From Tubiluchus corallicola (Eukaryota; Animalia; Priapulida): DNA of 64,000 bases. The stretch is taken from NCBI GenBank assembly GCA_030141605.1, contig JAQGDQ010000017.1, forward strand, positions 186,001-250,000, given 5' to 3'. This document shows positions 52,408-64,000 of this stretch, piece after piece. Under the pieces are notes generated by a model. The model ran no database searches, was not told the DNA's origin, and was given only the letters and a program-made list of their open reading frames with translations. The translations under genes and the position numbers were made by a program. The stretch's first letter is position 1, and each line of letters opens with the position of its first letter.

Positions 52408-54189
52408 GTAAAGCATCTTGCAGTTGCACTGAAAGGAAGCCCACCTAGCAGTTTTAGTTGCCTTTGTTAGTGTAGTCATATTCGCTGCCTGCCAGAGCCA
52501 GTATCCTTGAAAGTTTAGTGTATGCTACATTTTACCTGTTATCAATTAAATCAATAAACAGAAATTACTCTTGCCTCTTAATTAGAAAAGGAACCTGTAA
52601 AGAGTCAAAATTTAATTGCATGATTTTGTTAAACGTAGATTCGGTCAGGCACTTAATGACTTGAGGTAGCACACTTGTATATTTAAATAGAAAAACTCTA
52701 CCAAAACCATGTGCCTGCTTTATGGAGCGGATATGTATTCCGATATTTTGGGAATATATGTCAGAAAAAACATGATAAAAGCATGCAACCTTGAAAAGGG
52801 AAGCCAAGTTCACCAAACACAGTATAACTAACCTTCAATTTAAAACGTTGCAGTTAAATTTTAGTAAGTTAAGATCCTGTGGTGTGGACATAACACTTGC
52901 ATTTTGCATGGATTACAGATTCTGTCTAATTTAGTGGTTGCTAATTTTGAAATTTTTTCAAACTTTTTGATGTGTTACCCAAATTTACTAATCAAACAAA
53001 TGATTTCAATCGCTTACAGACATTTCGCGGTTACCATGTTTGTGGTTTTCGAATGGAGCAAATTTAGCTTCTTGCGCTAACTATGAGATTTGTAAGCTCC
53101 GCAAAGCAGGTTAACGCTTCGCCATCTCACGAGGAAAAGTTCCCAAAGAGATTTTCGCTAACCTGTTTTCAAACCCAGGACACGCTACTTCCAGGAGCTG
53201 CTGAACATCGTAAAATAAATGAGCGTAATTCCACGGCCGCCAAATTCCCCATAGCCATTGAGACTGATGTAAGTGTCTAGAAGAACTCATAAAACAGTAG
53301 TTGATTATCTGCAGTTTTACCGAGGTCGACTGTTCGTCCCTGAAGTTTAACATAATGTACGAAGCTAATCTATATTGAGTGCACAGTGACAAATCCCTGG
53401 GAAACTTGTGCGTGTTGTTTTGTTCAGTTTCCCCTTCCCAGAACATTTAGGGCAGTTCTATTAAACAGCTGTCGACGTTAAGACAACAAATTTGCTTAGC
53501 GGGCGCATCCAGACTTGCATGATCTTGCAGAAGTTTTGCATTGTCATGCTGGTTGAGTTGCTGGCAAAATCCGAGTTTTGTCTCACAAGAAGCCAATCAG
53601 GCTTAAGTTGAACCATCCCACGAATGGCTTCTTATTCTCGCTATGTCTCGGTCTCTACATCTGCACCTGACGTTTGTCAAGAGCTTTCAAGTGTTTGGCT
53701 TTCTATTGTAGCAGCAGTTGTGAGCGTGTTGAGAAGATTTTAATTAGCTGATGTCTTAGAAGCAAGTTTAGGTGGGTTAGGGTCCTTACTGATAATTCTA
53801 TAAAAATTATTGGAGATTTTTTCAGAAGCTTGTCATTTCTATTTTCTTTACTTTGCTGCAATAGACGGCATTCCACTTGTACTTGTGATAAAAGTAAGTA
53901 TAGAGACTCTCTGGTACTTGTTTTAGCATTCGACTTATTAGTTTAAAAAATTAGTAAACAAGAGCAGCGAAGTGTGAACGCATTAGAGATTTTAGTAGCC
54001 GTTTCTATTTTAGATAATCCGCTGGGTCTGCTTATACTTGACATCTTACGTGAAAAGCTGTTGAAAGCTCCCGAGAATAAAAATATCTGTTTGTGAAATT
54101 AAGAAAAGACATTCAATTTTTTATTCATGTAAGGCCTAAGCTCTTGTCAGTGTTATGTGCAAAAAATATCCGAGTTTGTCTGTTTTCCT

Positions 54190-54905
54190 CAAAGTAGGCA
54201 CCCATCTATATTTACATATGATGTTATTAATTTTAATGGATGTATATACATGTATAGAACCAACAACAACTTATTTCCAACTTTTTTTGAAAATCCAGTC
54301 AAGATAAATGTAAAAAAATACAATACCAGACATAATGAATATATACCAAGACGTTGTAGAACAAATATGGCGAAACACTTCATCAGCTATATGGGGCCAG
54401 TCCTATGGAACAGACTAAGCCGCAATTCGAAATGTAGTCACTCCCTTTTAACTTTTAAAAAAACCGTCAGAAAAGAAATATTTCAAAAGTATTGAAGAGT
54501 AACACAATTTGATAATGGTAATAACCTGCATTTTTTGCTACAGTAATCTTAATATAACGTGACTATGTTTAACAGGATACTGAACACTTTGTAACCATGA
54601 TCACAGTTTTTCTTAGTTTCTCGCTCCATTTCATCTTTCATTCACTACTCCCCCCCATTTTTTTTAAGATTTCCACATACAGTTTGGCCTGTCAAGCTAT
54701 GCTTTTAGGCTCAAACTGTATGCATCGAGAAATTATTCTGTAATGAAATTTGCACATGTATATCCCGCATTATGAAATTTCTTAATAATATTGCATTTAT
54801 TCATATTTATATTTATATTTACTCAAATGGAAAATTATCTGTATTTTAATGCTAATTGTAATGATGCAATGTGGAAAATGAATAAAACTCTTGATTGACT
54901 CTTGA
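54190..54905 (+). mobile_element. CR1/L2-group (Crack/Daphne-like) LINE 3' end with 3' UTR
   Basis: ORF 54157-54495 contains YNTR....CRTNMAKHFISYMGPVLWNRL...K.S.SL.TFKK. A 3' UTR follows, ending in AATAAA (54881) and a short-repeat tail. Confidence 0.85.
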
Positions 54906-57900
54906 GTACCTAACATAGCTTTGCTTATAGCTTCGCTTGTAGCTTTGTCATTCTCTTCTTTATTTAAAAAAAATTAAATGTTGCCTTGTAGGCATAGCTC
55001 TATTTTTAATGCTGTAACCTTGAGTAGAAAAAGTGCGTAAAGTGATGATTTGGACCAAAATTACTAGTGTATTAATTATGTCATTAATTCCCCCATCCCC
55101 ATTGTTCCTGCGTACATGTAATTTGTTTTGGTCAATGCACTATATACTACACATATTTGTTAATTGTATTTAGTAGTTAATTAGTTAATTAGTAGAAGTT
55201 AATTGTTATCCACCCGGAATTTCCTGAATCGCTAGAACAAAACTTTATTTATGGGAACGGGTTTAAAAAGATCAGCATTAACAATGTTACAACTGTTTGC
55301 AACTCAAACTGCGCCAATCGACGGCTGTAAAGGTGTAGCTAGGTTAATCTGAAACCCTAGAATACCTCGTATTACTCATTGGCTGACGTCACCTCAAAAT
55401 GCCCTAATGTCCGTTTATGTCACTCTGGTTCGTATTCATTCTAGTGAACATGAATTATTAATCAACAATATTGCAATGCACAGCATATGAATGTCGCACA
55501 GCAGGTGTGGGCAGTTTATTAAATTATCGCATTAATAGCATCAACTACTCCCCGCATTTGCTGGCTACAAAAGATGTCAAATTAATGCAACGAGTCTGCG
55601 GTAAAGGGTAATTTGTTGAAATGCACTAGCCTCGGCTTCTTGCAGTTAATGTTATGAAAGAGATGCGAAATGTAGTCTGGCCTTAAAAGGCTATTAATGC
55701 GCGTGTGAAATTCGCCCGTGGATCCGGTTAAAGATCCGGATGTAAGTCCGGTTAAACTAGAACCGTTGCAACCTGACATTGGACTTAAAAATACAAAGAT
55801 ACAGTATTACCAAAAATAGAAGTCTGCAAACTCGTTTTGGGACAACATGTTATAATATTTTGGGAATGGATTTTTTGGGACACTTTTGTAGTTGGGGGGG
55901 GGGGGGAGTAACACTTTTGGAGACCCTGCAGCCCTTTGTTGCTTATCAATTATTGTCACTGGTCGTGTCTTGATTTAGTTTGCCTCGTGGATTCGGCAGC
56001 TCAGTGATCTAGGTAGTCGACTGCATGCATGCTCAATGCTATTCTTGAGTTCGAAAGCATCAGCTTCTGGTGCCACTCACCAGCTTCTAGTGCCAGGACG
56101 TAAACCGTATAGGTTGTTTTTTATTTGCGACACGTCGTCATCTGTAATTCTGTATTATTGTGTCGTAGTGTTGTGTTAGTCGCAAAATAGCTACTCGTGC
56201 TAACTGCTAGTACTGGCTGCTAAGTTGTCTTTGTCTTTCTTTAGATAGTTTCGCAAAGCTTTTGTTACCTTGTGTTAATGACTCCCGATGATGGATTAGT
56301 TACCGGTCATTTAAAAAGAAAAATACGACACGTTTGAAACTGCTGGGAGAAAGAGAATTCGTTGCCAATATTTTTTGGAATCGTTCGTGGTTTCCACCAC
56401 TTATCGTCGATAGAATAGTTGATTCTTGCCCTATTTTTTCGTCCTGTATCACGTGGTGGAAGTTCTAAAAAACGATAAATGGCTGCAAAGTTTTCTTCGA
56501 CAGAAGGTGAAAAACATTGTGTTATTTCATGGTTTCTTTAATTATTGATTTCGTATCCTATATCAACTAGCTCTTTTCTGTTCATTGTCTATTCGGCTTC
56601 AGCAGCGCATTGAATTTTGGACATTAAGGGCTGTGCTGCCCGGTCTGGAGACACCACCGGAAACGCCATTATAAGGAAAGAGAATCGTGTCGATAACGCC
56701 TCCAAACGTCAGGTACAAAATCACTTGAGGCAAGAAAACTTCAAGTCAGTTTTTGGTCAGGAGTAAAAAATAATCAATTTCAGCTTGCAAATAAAGTGGA
56801 CGTTTTTACTCCTCTATCGAATGGTTTAGGCCTCATCCAAAAAGAGATCTTTCGATCTTGAGATACAAAATTTTCATTTGCTGATTAATGATGCTATTTA
56901 TTGATTAATGACTGATTGCTGTGAACCTTTAATGTTTACTGTGTTCTGGTAGCGAAAGTGTGAGGTTGGTAGTTGTTGTCACTGTTGCTATTGTGACGGT
57001 TGATGAGGGTTGTCTTGTTTTTGTAAAGCAAATGCAGCTGAAGAACGTAATTGCGTAGTAGCACCAATTAGTAGCAAAACTAAAGAGATTGTTGCGATGC
57101 CTCAGCTTATCAACCGTAACGCAAATTAAGACTCAGCAAAAGCATTAGTTTTGTTAATGCTAAGTCATATTGTTGTAGATCGTATAACGCTTGTGTGGGC
57201 AATTGATATGCATTTCTGCTTGTGAAAGATAGGTTCTACGCATAGTCCGCAGGATCATTACTAAAACACGTGGCAATAACCGGAAAATTGTGAAAATTAT
57301 GAAAATGCGCAGTCAGCGAGCGTGTGATATTACTCAAAACAGTAACGGAATTGTATTAAACTCACCAAACTTATTTATCTTCCCATTTGCGAACGTTAAA
57401 ACGAGATATATTCCGCCATTAAAGGACAAATGAGATTTTATGGTTACCATGGCGATTTGCCCTCAATAATTCATCGGTCCGTGGGGGCGCTGGGGGAAGT
57501 AGACGCTTTATTGGCGACTTGAGCCGAAATTACGTCTCCCTAAGCAAACATATAGTTCAAATGTTACCATTAAGTCATTCAATATTCATGGAGTCAGTAA
57601 GTGTAACAATACTGCCGAGATCATCAATGCATGTAACTTTCTTTCCGGAATTTAACTTCTGCAGACCCTGTCTTTTCTTATTTTCATTTAGGCACTGGCC
57701 AATCAAACACACCCGCATGGCCAAAAGTTACAGTAGCATGTCTTCACTCCTCCCTTAATAATTTACTGCTTTATCCTACGCAGCACAATGCAGCAATGTT
57801 GCGCAATGCAACAAGCACAACTCAACAAATGCAAAATGGATGGCGCATTGCAATGCAGTGCAATTCTACAACATAGTAGTAGAATCCCAACACATCACAA

Positions 57901-59439
57901 TGCAACACAACCCTGTTCTACGTTACACCATACCGCCAAGCAAACATCAGCTCCGCGAAACTGTTGGGTCACCATTATTAACGAAAAAACTTACATTTAC
58001 TTGACCTGTAAAAACAATTGTATCTCAAAAACCAGATGCACACGCGATGAGAATTTTTTGTAAAGATGGACATTGCAAGACTACTGTGAAAAGGGACGGT
58101 ATGCAAGATACTAGTGCAAACTATTAACAAACTAGAAGTGGTAGTACTGTAAAACAACGTAAACATTTTGAATTTGAAATGTACCAAGTTTTACAAATGG
58201 ATTATGAACACTGTAAGAAACAAGCATGATATAATTTTTGTACTGTTGTACTTGAGCTGGAGCTGAGTCTCGCCCTATTTATCGTTCAAACTTTCACTTC
58301 CTCAAAGATGATAGAATATGCGATCTGTAGTCATTTCAAAATCACTTCAAAACAAAAACACCTTTGTAAAAAAATGTAATAATCTTACTTGCTTGCAATC
58401 CAAAAATCCTACTTTCTAACTGGCGTAAATTTAAATACTTACCTGTCTTAGTTGTGCAAAATCTAAAAATCCTTAGGTTCAGTGGCTCCCGAATATGGCT
58501 TAAACCCCAAACAGGACAAGTTTGCTCCCATCCTTCCACCAGGATTTGTCGTCGAACTGTTTTAAAGGACAAGAAAAGGGGTACCTGAAGTAGGTTTCAG
58601 AAAAATCGCCTTAAAAAATTATATTACTTTATAGCAATTTCATGCGTATATCTTACTCGCACTGAAAGGAATTTTAGTTTGTTTTCGTTTTAAATCTCCC
58701 GCAATACTGTTCCGATGTCACCATTACATGGCGTCATGTACCAAACGTAAATTAAGGGAAGAAAAGGCAATGTTAAATTATATCTCAAAAGACTTTCCTT
58801 GCAACTCTATATTACTTAGATTTTCGCTTACCTGCTAGAAAGACTTAATGTAACTAGAAAAGCAAAATTTAATTATTTAAAATGTTTTCACAATTGGTAA
58901 AATGTCGCTGACTCACCCTCCAGGGTGCGCCACTCACTAACTAAAAAATGTATTTTTAATCTTATTGACAAGATACAGTAATTTTAAATTTTATTTAGTT
59001 AGTGACTTGTGCACTACGAATGCTCTGATTATTTTTTTCAAACTTTGCAAAATGTTATCTAAACAAGTTTCAAATGACCTCTCGTGAAAATAGCTGCGTC
59101 TAACGGTCATCGCGGGAGTTTAAATTTACATGTTGTATACAGCCTGGTTGCCGATTGAAGTCCTGTATGCAAAAAGGCAGTACGTAAGTGATATGAAATC
59201 TCAAAACGAATTTTTCAAGCTTTATATTTATGAAGGGTTTTCTTCGTTAATGTCGAAGGTATGCTGCTCTTAATGTTTTGTTTTGAATAATAAGAAATTT
59301 TAAAATGCTAATTGGTAATAATGATACTGAGTTTTTTAGTCAAAGTATTTTAGTTGTTAGACGAACCAGTTTATCAAACATTCAAGTTATAAGTTCAAGC
59401 ATCAGTCGTGCTAATACATATCCTTTAAAAAGATTAATT

Positions 59440-59447
<8 letters not shown>

Positions 59448-59513
<66 letters not shown>

Positions 59514-59545
59514 CGTGTGCGTGCGTGCGTGCGTCTGTGTGTGTT
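59448..59545. repeat. (TG)n/(TGCG)n microsatellite
   Basis: Seen directly. Confidence 0.98.
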
Positions 59546-60638
59546 TGTAGTGTTAGGCTAGTTACATATACAACTGAAAAGTCAGTAGACCGGTAGTGTT
59601 TCTAAAATGTGGTCATTAATATTCAAGCTAGTTACAGAAAACTTCGTATTAAAGGAGCAGTACACCTCTAATTTGACTTAAGGAGAATGTAATGATATCT
59701 CAAGAACTATTTTGTAAGCGCATCACTAACACTGTGGACGATGAAGTTTGAAAGGAAAAATTCGTTGGACGAACACAAGGTAAGTTGTAAGATGTAAGAT
59801 GAACAAGGTTTACAGATAAGGTAGGTCTGGTCTTAACTGATTAGATTTTGAAGTCAATTTTGGAAGATTTTTTGATGTCGGTAACACAGTGTAACAACAT
59901 CTCAGCACTTATGAAAGTGGAATATTCACTTAGTTACTTATAGGTCCCTATGCATGTTCTGCTTCGCTGCAATTATGTTTTCGGCATATAATACATTCTC
60001 TTTTTTAGCTATCTGTCTTTTTCTTAATGTGGCTTATATTGTTTTCGGGTGTCAATTTACAGTGCAGTAATTTAACACAATTGTTTATCCCTCCCAAGTT
60101 CGCAAATTTCTAATGACGTCAGAAACTCACTGATGTTACAAATCTAGGGTTCGTAATAACATTATTAAAAATAATAATATACTTGACTTTAAGTTTATAA
60201 TAAGTAATTATCGCGTTCACTTTTATTGAGTTTTCAGTTCATTTTTTCAGTTTCTATTTTTCACTTTCTTTGAATAGGTATGCTTTTTCAGAGAATGAAA
60301 GACTATAAATCCTTATTCTCAGTACTGAGATTTAAAAGTGGTGATGCAAATTTTGTCCATTCTGAGATTTGTCACTTCCTGTTTGTGAGCATGATGTGTG
60401 GCGTACATTAGACTTACAGGACATCCTCCTCTCTTGTTGTAGATTGTGTAACTATAAAATCAATCCAAATTTCTTAACGGAACAGCTTCATATTACAACA
60501 CTAGATGGCACAAAACGTGTGCAAAATACGCTTGCAGTTCTTGTCTATGCGATGTACATGCACTTACTTTATTCAGTCACATTGACAGTTCTTACTTTAA
60601 ATACAGGCTCTTATATTAAAGTCAAGTCTCTCAAAGTT

Positions 60639-61044
60639 AGAGTAGAGTACAGTAAAGTAGAGTAGAGTAGAGTAGAGTAGAGTAGAGTAGAGTAGAGTAG
60701 AGTAGAGTAGAGTAGAGTAGAGTAGAGTAGAGTAGAGTAGAGTAGAGTAGAGTAGAGTAGAGTAGAGTAGAGTAGAGTAGGTAGGGTAGGGTAGGGTAGG
60801 GTAGGGTAGGGTAGGGTAGGGTAGGGTAGGGTAGGGTAGGGTAGGGTAGGGTAGGGTAGGGTAGGGTAGGGTAGGGTAGGGTAGGGTAGGGTAGAGTAGA
60901 GTAGAGTAGAGTAGAGTAGAGTAGAGCAGAGTAGAGCAGAGTAGAGTAGAGTAGAGTAGAGTAGAGTAGAGTAGAGTAGAGGGTAGGGTAGGGTAGGGTA
61001 GGGTAGGGTAGGGTAGGGTAGGGTAGGGTAGGGAAGGGTAGGGG
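60639..61044. repeat. Alternating (AGAGT)n / (AGGGT)n pentanucleotide blocks
   Basis: Seen directly. Confidence 0.98.
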
Positions 61045-62009
61045 CAGCTACGTCCCGTTTTTTCAGGGACTGTACAAACAAAAACAATGTACGTTTATGT
61101 CATAAACTATTGACATATCGCATCTCAATTGCACGATTCGCTGTTCAATTTCCATCCAGCACGCTTTGTTGAGATATCTACCAGCCACATAATTATGTAC
61201 CTTAAATTATTATTATCAGTCAGTTTTGGTCTTTCTCATGTCTTGTCTACGCCTAATTACAGTGCAATGAGTAGGCCTCCCGCATCGAGCTGTGGGAGTT
61301 TATGACAGATCCCCTTCCCACCTGACGAACCCAAGCTGATTTGCCCCTGATTTTTTATTCAGCATCTGGCAAACCCACCTACAGGATTTTCAGTTGCAGG
61401 TTTGTACAAATCCCTTTATGTACCATAATTTCCATTTTTGGTATTAAGTTGGATATAGTAACAAACATGCGAATATTGTGGGAAAATTCGCGACAGAATA
61501 GGTGAGACAAAAATTGCTTGAAAGCAAAAATGTTTTGTAATACTATACTGGGTGTTCTACAAGAAACAGTGCAGTAGAAATGTGCTGCTGTCAATGATAA
61601 TTATATTGAAGTATGCTGATCAGATAATAAAGAAATGGAGTTGAATGTTAACCATAATACGAGATTATACTATGTCAACTTGGATTCTGTGCATTCCAAA
61701 GTAAGTTTGGTGACACTTGCTGGACTTTTGTGTCGTATGCTTATGTAATTTGTCAGTACATTGTTTGTTTTGGAACAACCTGTATCATGTGAAAGTTATA
61801 AAGAGACGAAGCAAAAACTTTAATTCTAGTTGACTCGAAGTAAAAGCTGTTATTTTAAAGTCTCACGCATTTATTGATGAAACAAACTCATGCTAAACCA
61901 TGCATCGTACATAGTACTTCCGACAGGATCGTCACAGACAGCTGGTGCCAATTAGAGACATTTCATTTTTCATCAGCATAAGGTTATGTAACTTATATAG
62001 TTTGCTTAA

Positions 62010-62095
62010 GCCGACAAGTGGTCATAGTGTGTGCTTAGCGATCGAAGTTAAGCAACATCGAGTCTGGTCAGTAAACAGATGATGACTGCCAACTG
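62010..62095 (+). mobile_element. 5S rRNA-derived fragment (SINE head or pseudogene), not a functional 5S gene
   Basis: CGAAGTTAAGCAACATCGAGTCTGGTCAGTAAACAGATGATGACTGCC resembles the 5S internal control region (GAAGTTAAGCA...GG.TAGTACTTGGATGGG.GACCGCC). The 5' part of 5S is absent. Confidence 0.65.
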
Positions 62096-62252
62096 ATGAG
62101 TACTCTTTCCAACTGATTTCATTTTGCATGCTGATATTTCTACCCATGAGGATTGTATACTTGCATTTACATCTGGCCAGGACACCATTGCCAGTTTAGT
62201 GTCTCATCTCATCTTTAGCCTTGCTCCCAGCATTACACCCCTGGGCTAAACT

Positions 62253-62335
62253 TTACTTTTCCCCACACACAAGAAATTAGTTCGTGAAAGCGGATTAGGG
62301 TAGGACTGGGGTTAGGGATAGGGTATTTAAATTGC
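62253..62335. mobile_element. MITE-like element with telomere-like repeats, copy 2 (inverted, shortened)
   Basis: CAAGAAATTAGTTCGTGAA..GCGGATT...GGGTTAGGG...GGGTATTTAAATTG matches the reverse complement of 512-669. Confidence 0.65.
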
Positions 62336-63724
62336 GCCTTCCCACTCTTGGTATAAGAAAGATTCCGGCCCTGACACAACGAATCACGCCGCTTTTGAGT
62401 GCTCTTGGCTCAATAGCCCGTTAATACCATAAACACCAAAGCTACAGACATTGAAGTGAACGCGCGTTATATTAAAATCACAGATTTAGGTGATGCGCGT
62501 GCGCATGGTCTACATCTGTGATTGAAACGCTAACAGATGTATTGGTTATTGGTATGTGGCGACATCTCTCGCTAAAATGAGTGCACAATGGTTGCGTTAT
62601 ACCAAAAATATAAATAGAATTTGAAAAGCCAAACTACTAGTTTATAGATTCATAATTCTCTGATAGGAAAGTTTAATAATTGTTGCAAAATTTAAGAACA
62701 ATAAGGCTACAAGGGCTAGGCCAGATTATCCGGGCAAACATGAATTTATTACGTATGCAATGATTCTACAAACCGAAATTAATTAAACTTTAATACCAAG
62801 CTGTCTTTTAAGTTTGGCATTAAGGTTTAATTAATCGGGTCTGTGACACTATTAATAATAATCTTACTAATAAGAGTATAACAGTTAGTTATAAATTTAT
62901 TATAATGTATATACTGTATATAAATCATGTAGGCTTTATATTGCTTTAAGTGCAGTTTTACTTTTTAAAAAATGCAACAGTAAAACGAGTTGTCAGCCAG
63001 AAATTTGGGAAAATTAACACAACCACAAAAGCACAAGTCTCGGAAACAAAACGAAGTTATTGGAAGTCATCAAAACCGTTTTATTGTATTGTATCCTGAA
63101 TTAACATTTTCTCAACCTTTTATAACGTCTTTCATTTTTCATTTTTTTAACGACCTACTGTATATACATATGCACATTGCACAACCCACAGGCGTGCGCC
63201 CTTCCACAGTGAAGTGCGTGAGGGAGGTACTTCTTTGTGTTAAAGGCCAACTGGCGCCAAAAACTAGTATAATGGCAGAGAAAATAGGGCCTTTTTAATG
63301 AACTAAACAAGGTGTATCGCGCTTATGCATAATTACAATTGTCACGCGCTGTTCTACCAGCCCAAATGCCTTTGTGTAGCAAACGACCGCTCTGTGACCC
63401 TGCCGTTTTTCACCCTGATTATTGTGCAGACTTGTGAATTGCTTTTAAAATTTACAATTTCATTACCACTCAGATTAATTTTTCATTTGCTTGCATCGGG
63501 GACAATAATTAGGTACGAAGCAGACAATAAAATTGATTACAGACCTATGCGTTACAGATCCATTATCACTATTAACTATTTAAAAAACGCTTTGTTTTCT
63601 TAATAAATAAATTCCACGTAATAACTATATGTTACAAAGACATTGATTCTATGACAATAAATATGACATTCTAAATGACATATCCAGGCAATTGACCAGA
63701 AAAACTCAATAAACCAGCAAGCTA

Positions 63725-63755
63725 TAACTGCTACTGCTAACTGCTGCTGCTGCTG

Positions 63756-63790
<35 letters not shown>

Positions 63791-63880
63791 GCAACTACTA
63801 CTACTACTACTACTACTTACTACTAGGCCTATTACTACTACTCACTACTTCTACTTCTACTACTACTGCTACTACTACCA
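63725..63880. repeat. (CTG)n-(CTA)n microsatellite
   Basis: Seen directly. Confidence 0.96.
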
Positions 63881-63890
63881 CTTTCGAGAA

Positions 63891-64000
63891 GTATAGCTGA
63901 ATGGCAGCATCTCGCTTTCCACTCAAGAGGTCACGGGTTCATTCCCGATCGAGTAATACCAAAGACTTAAAAAGTGGTGCCGCTGGATCTTTTGATTGAG
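63891..64000 (+). mobile_element. tRNA-derived SINE with a Meta/MESC-like domain, truncated by the window edge
   Basis: A box TAGCTGAATGG and B box GGTTCATTCCC are followed by GAGTAATACCAAAGACTTAAAAAGTGGTGCC. It is homologous to 3149-3430. Confidence 0.65.

Noticed and set aside
57474-57496. REST/RE1 or CTCF site (GGTCCGTGGGGGCGCTG)
   Set aside because: It matches only half of either consensus.
58826-58845. Recursive splice site (tttctagcag|gtaagc) on the minus strand
   Set aside because: The pyrimidine tract is short, and such a site cannot be supported without nascent RNA-seq.

Overview
This is AT-rich, microsatellite-dense animal (invertebrate-like) genomic DNA with no prokaryotic features. 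The only host gene I can support is an AMPA-type ionotropic glutamate receptor on the minus strand. Two amino-terminal-domain exons (14203-14355 and 919-1170) splice in frame across a 13,032-nt GT-AG intron. The rest of the gene runs off the left edge, and I could not identify the signal-peptide exon, so 14356-64000 is probably a very large first intron or upstream DNA. That region and the 13-kb intron hold many mobile-element relics: a near full-length but dead PGBD3/MER85-like piggyBac (47784-50440), a 770-bp solo LTR, several LINE fragments, Harbinger- and Penelope-like relics, tRNA- and 5S-derived SINEs, MITE families, minisatellites and compound microsatellites. Most ORFs in the supplied track are low-complexity or chance ORFs. 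I did not find a clearly new biological system. The best leads are the piggyBac's MER85-like architecture with its own intron in the host's sense orientation, and complementary repeats positioned to fold the receptor pre-mRNA. All family assignments come from manual translation and recalled motifs, not database searches.
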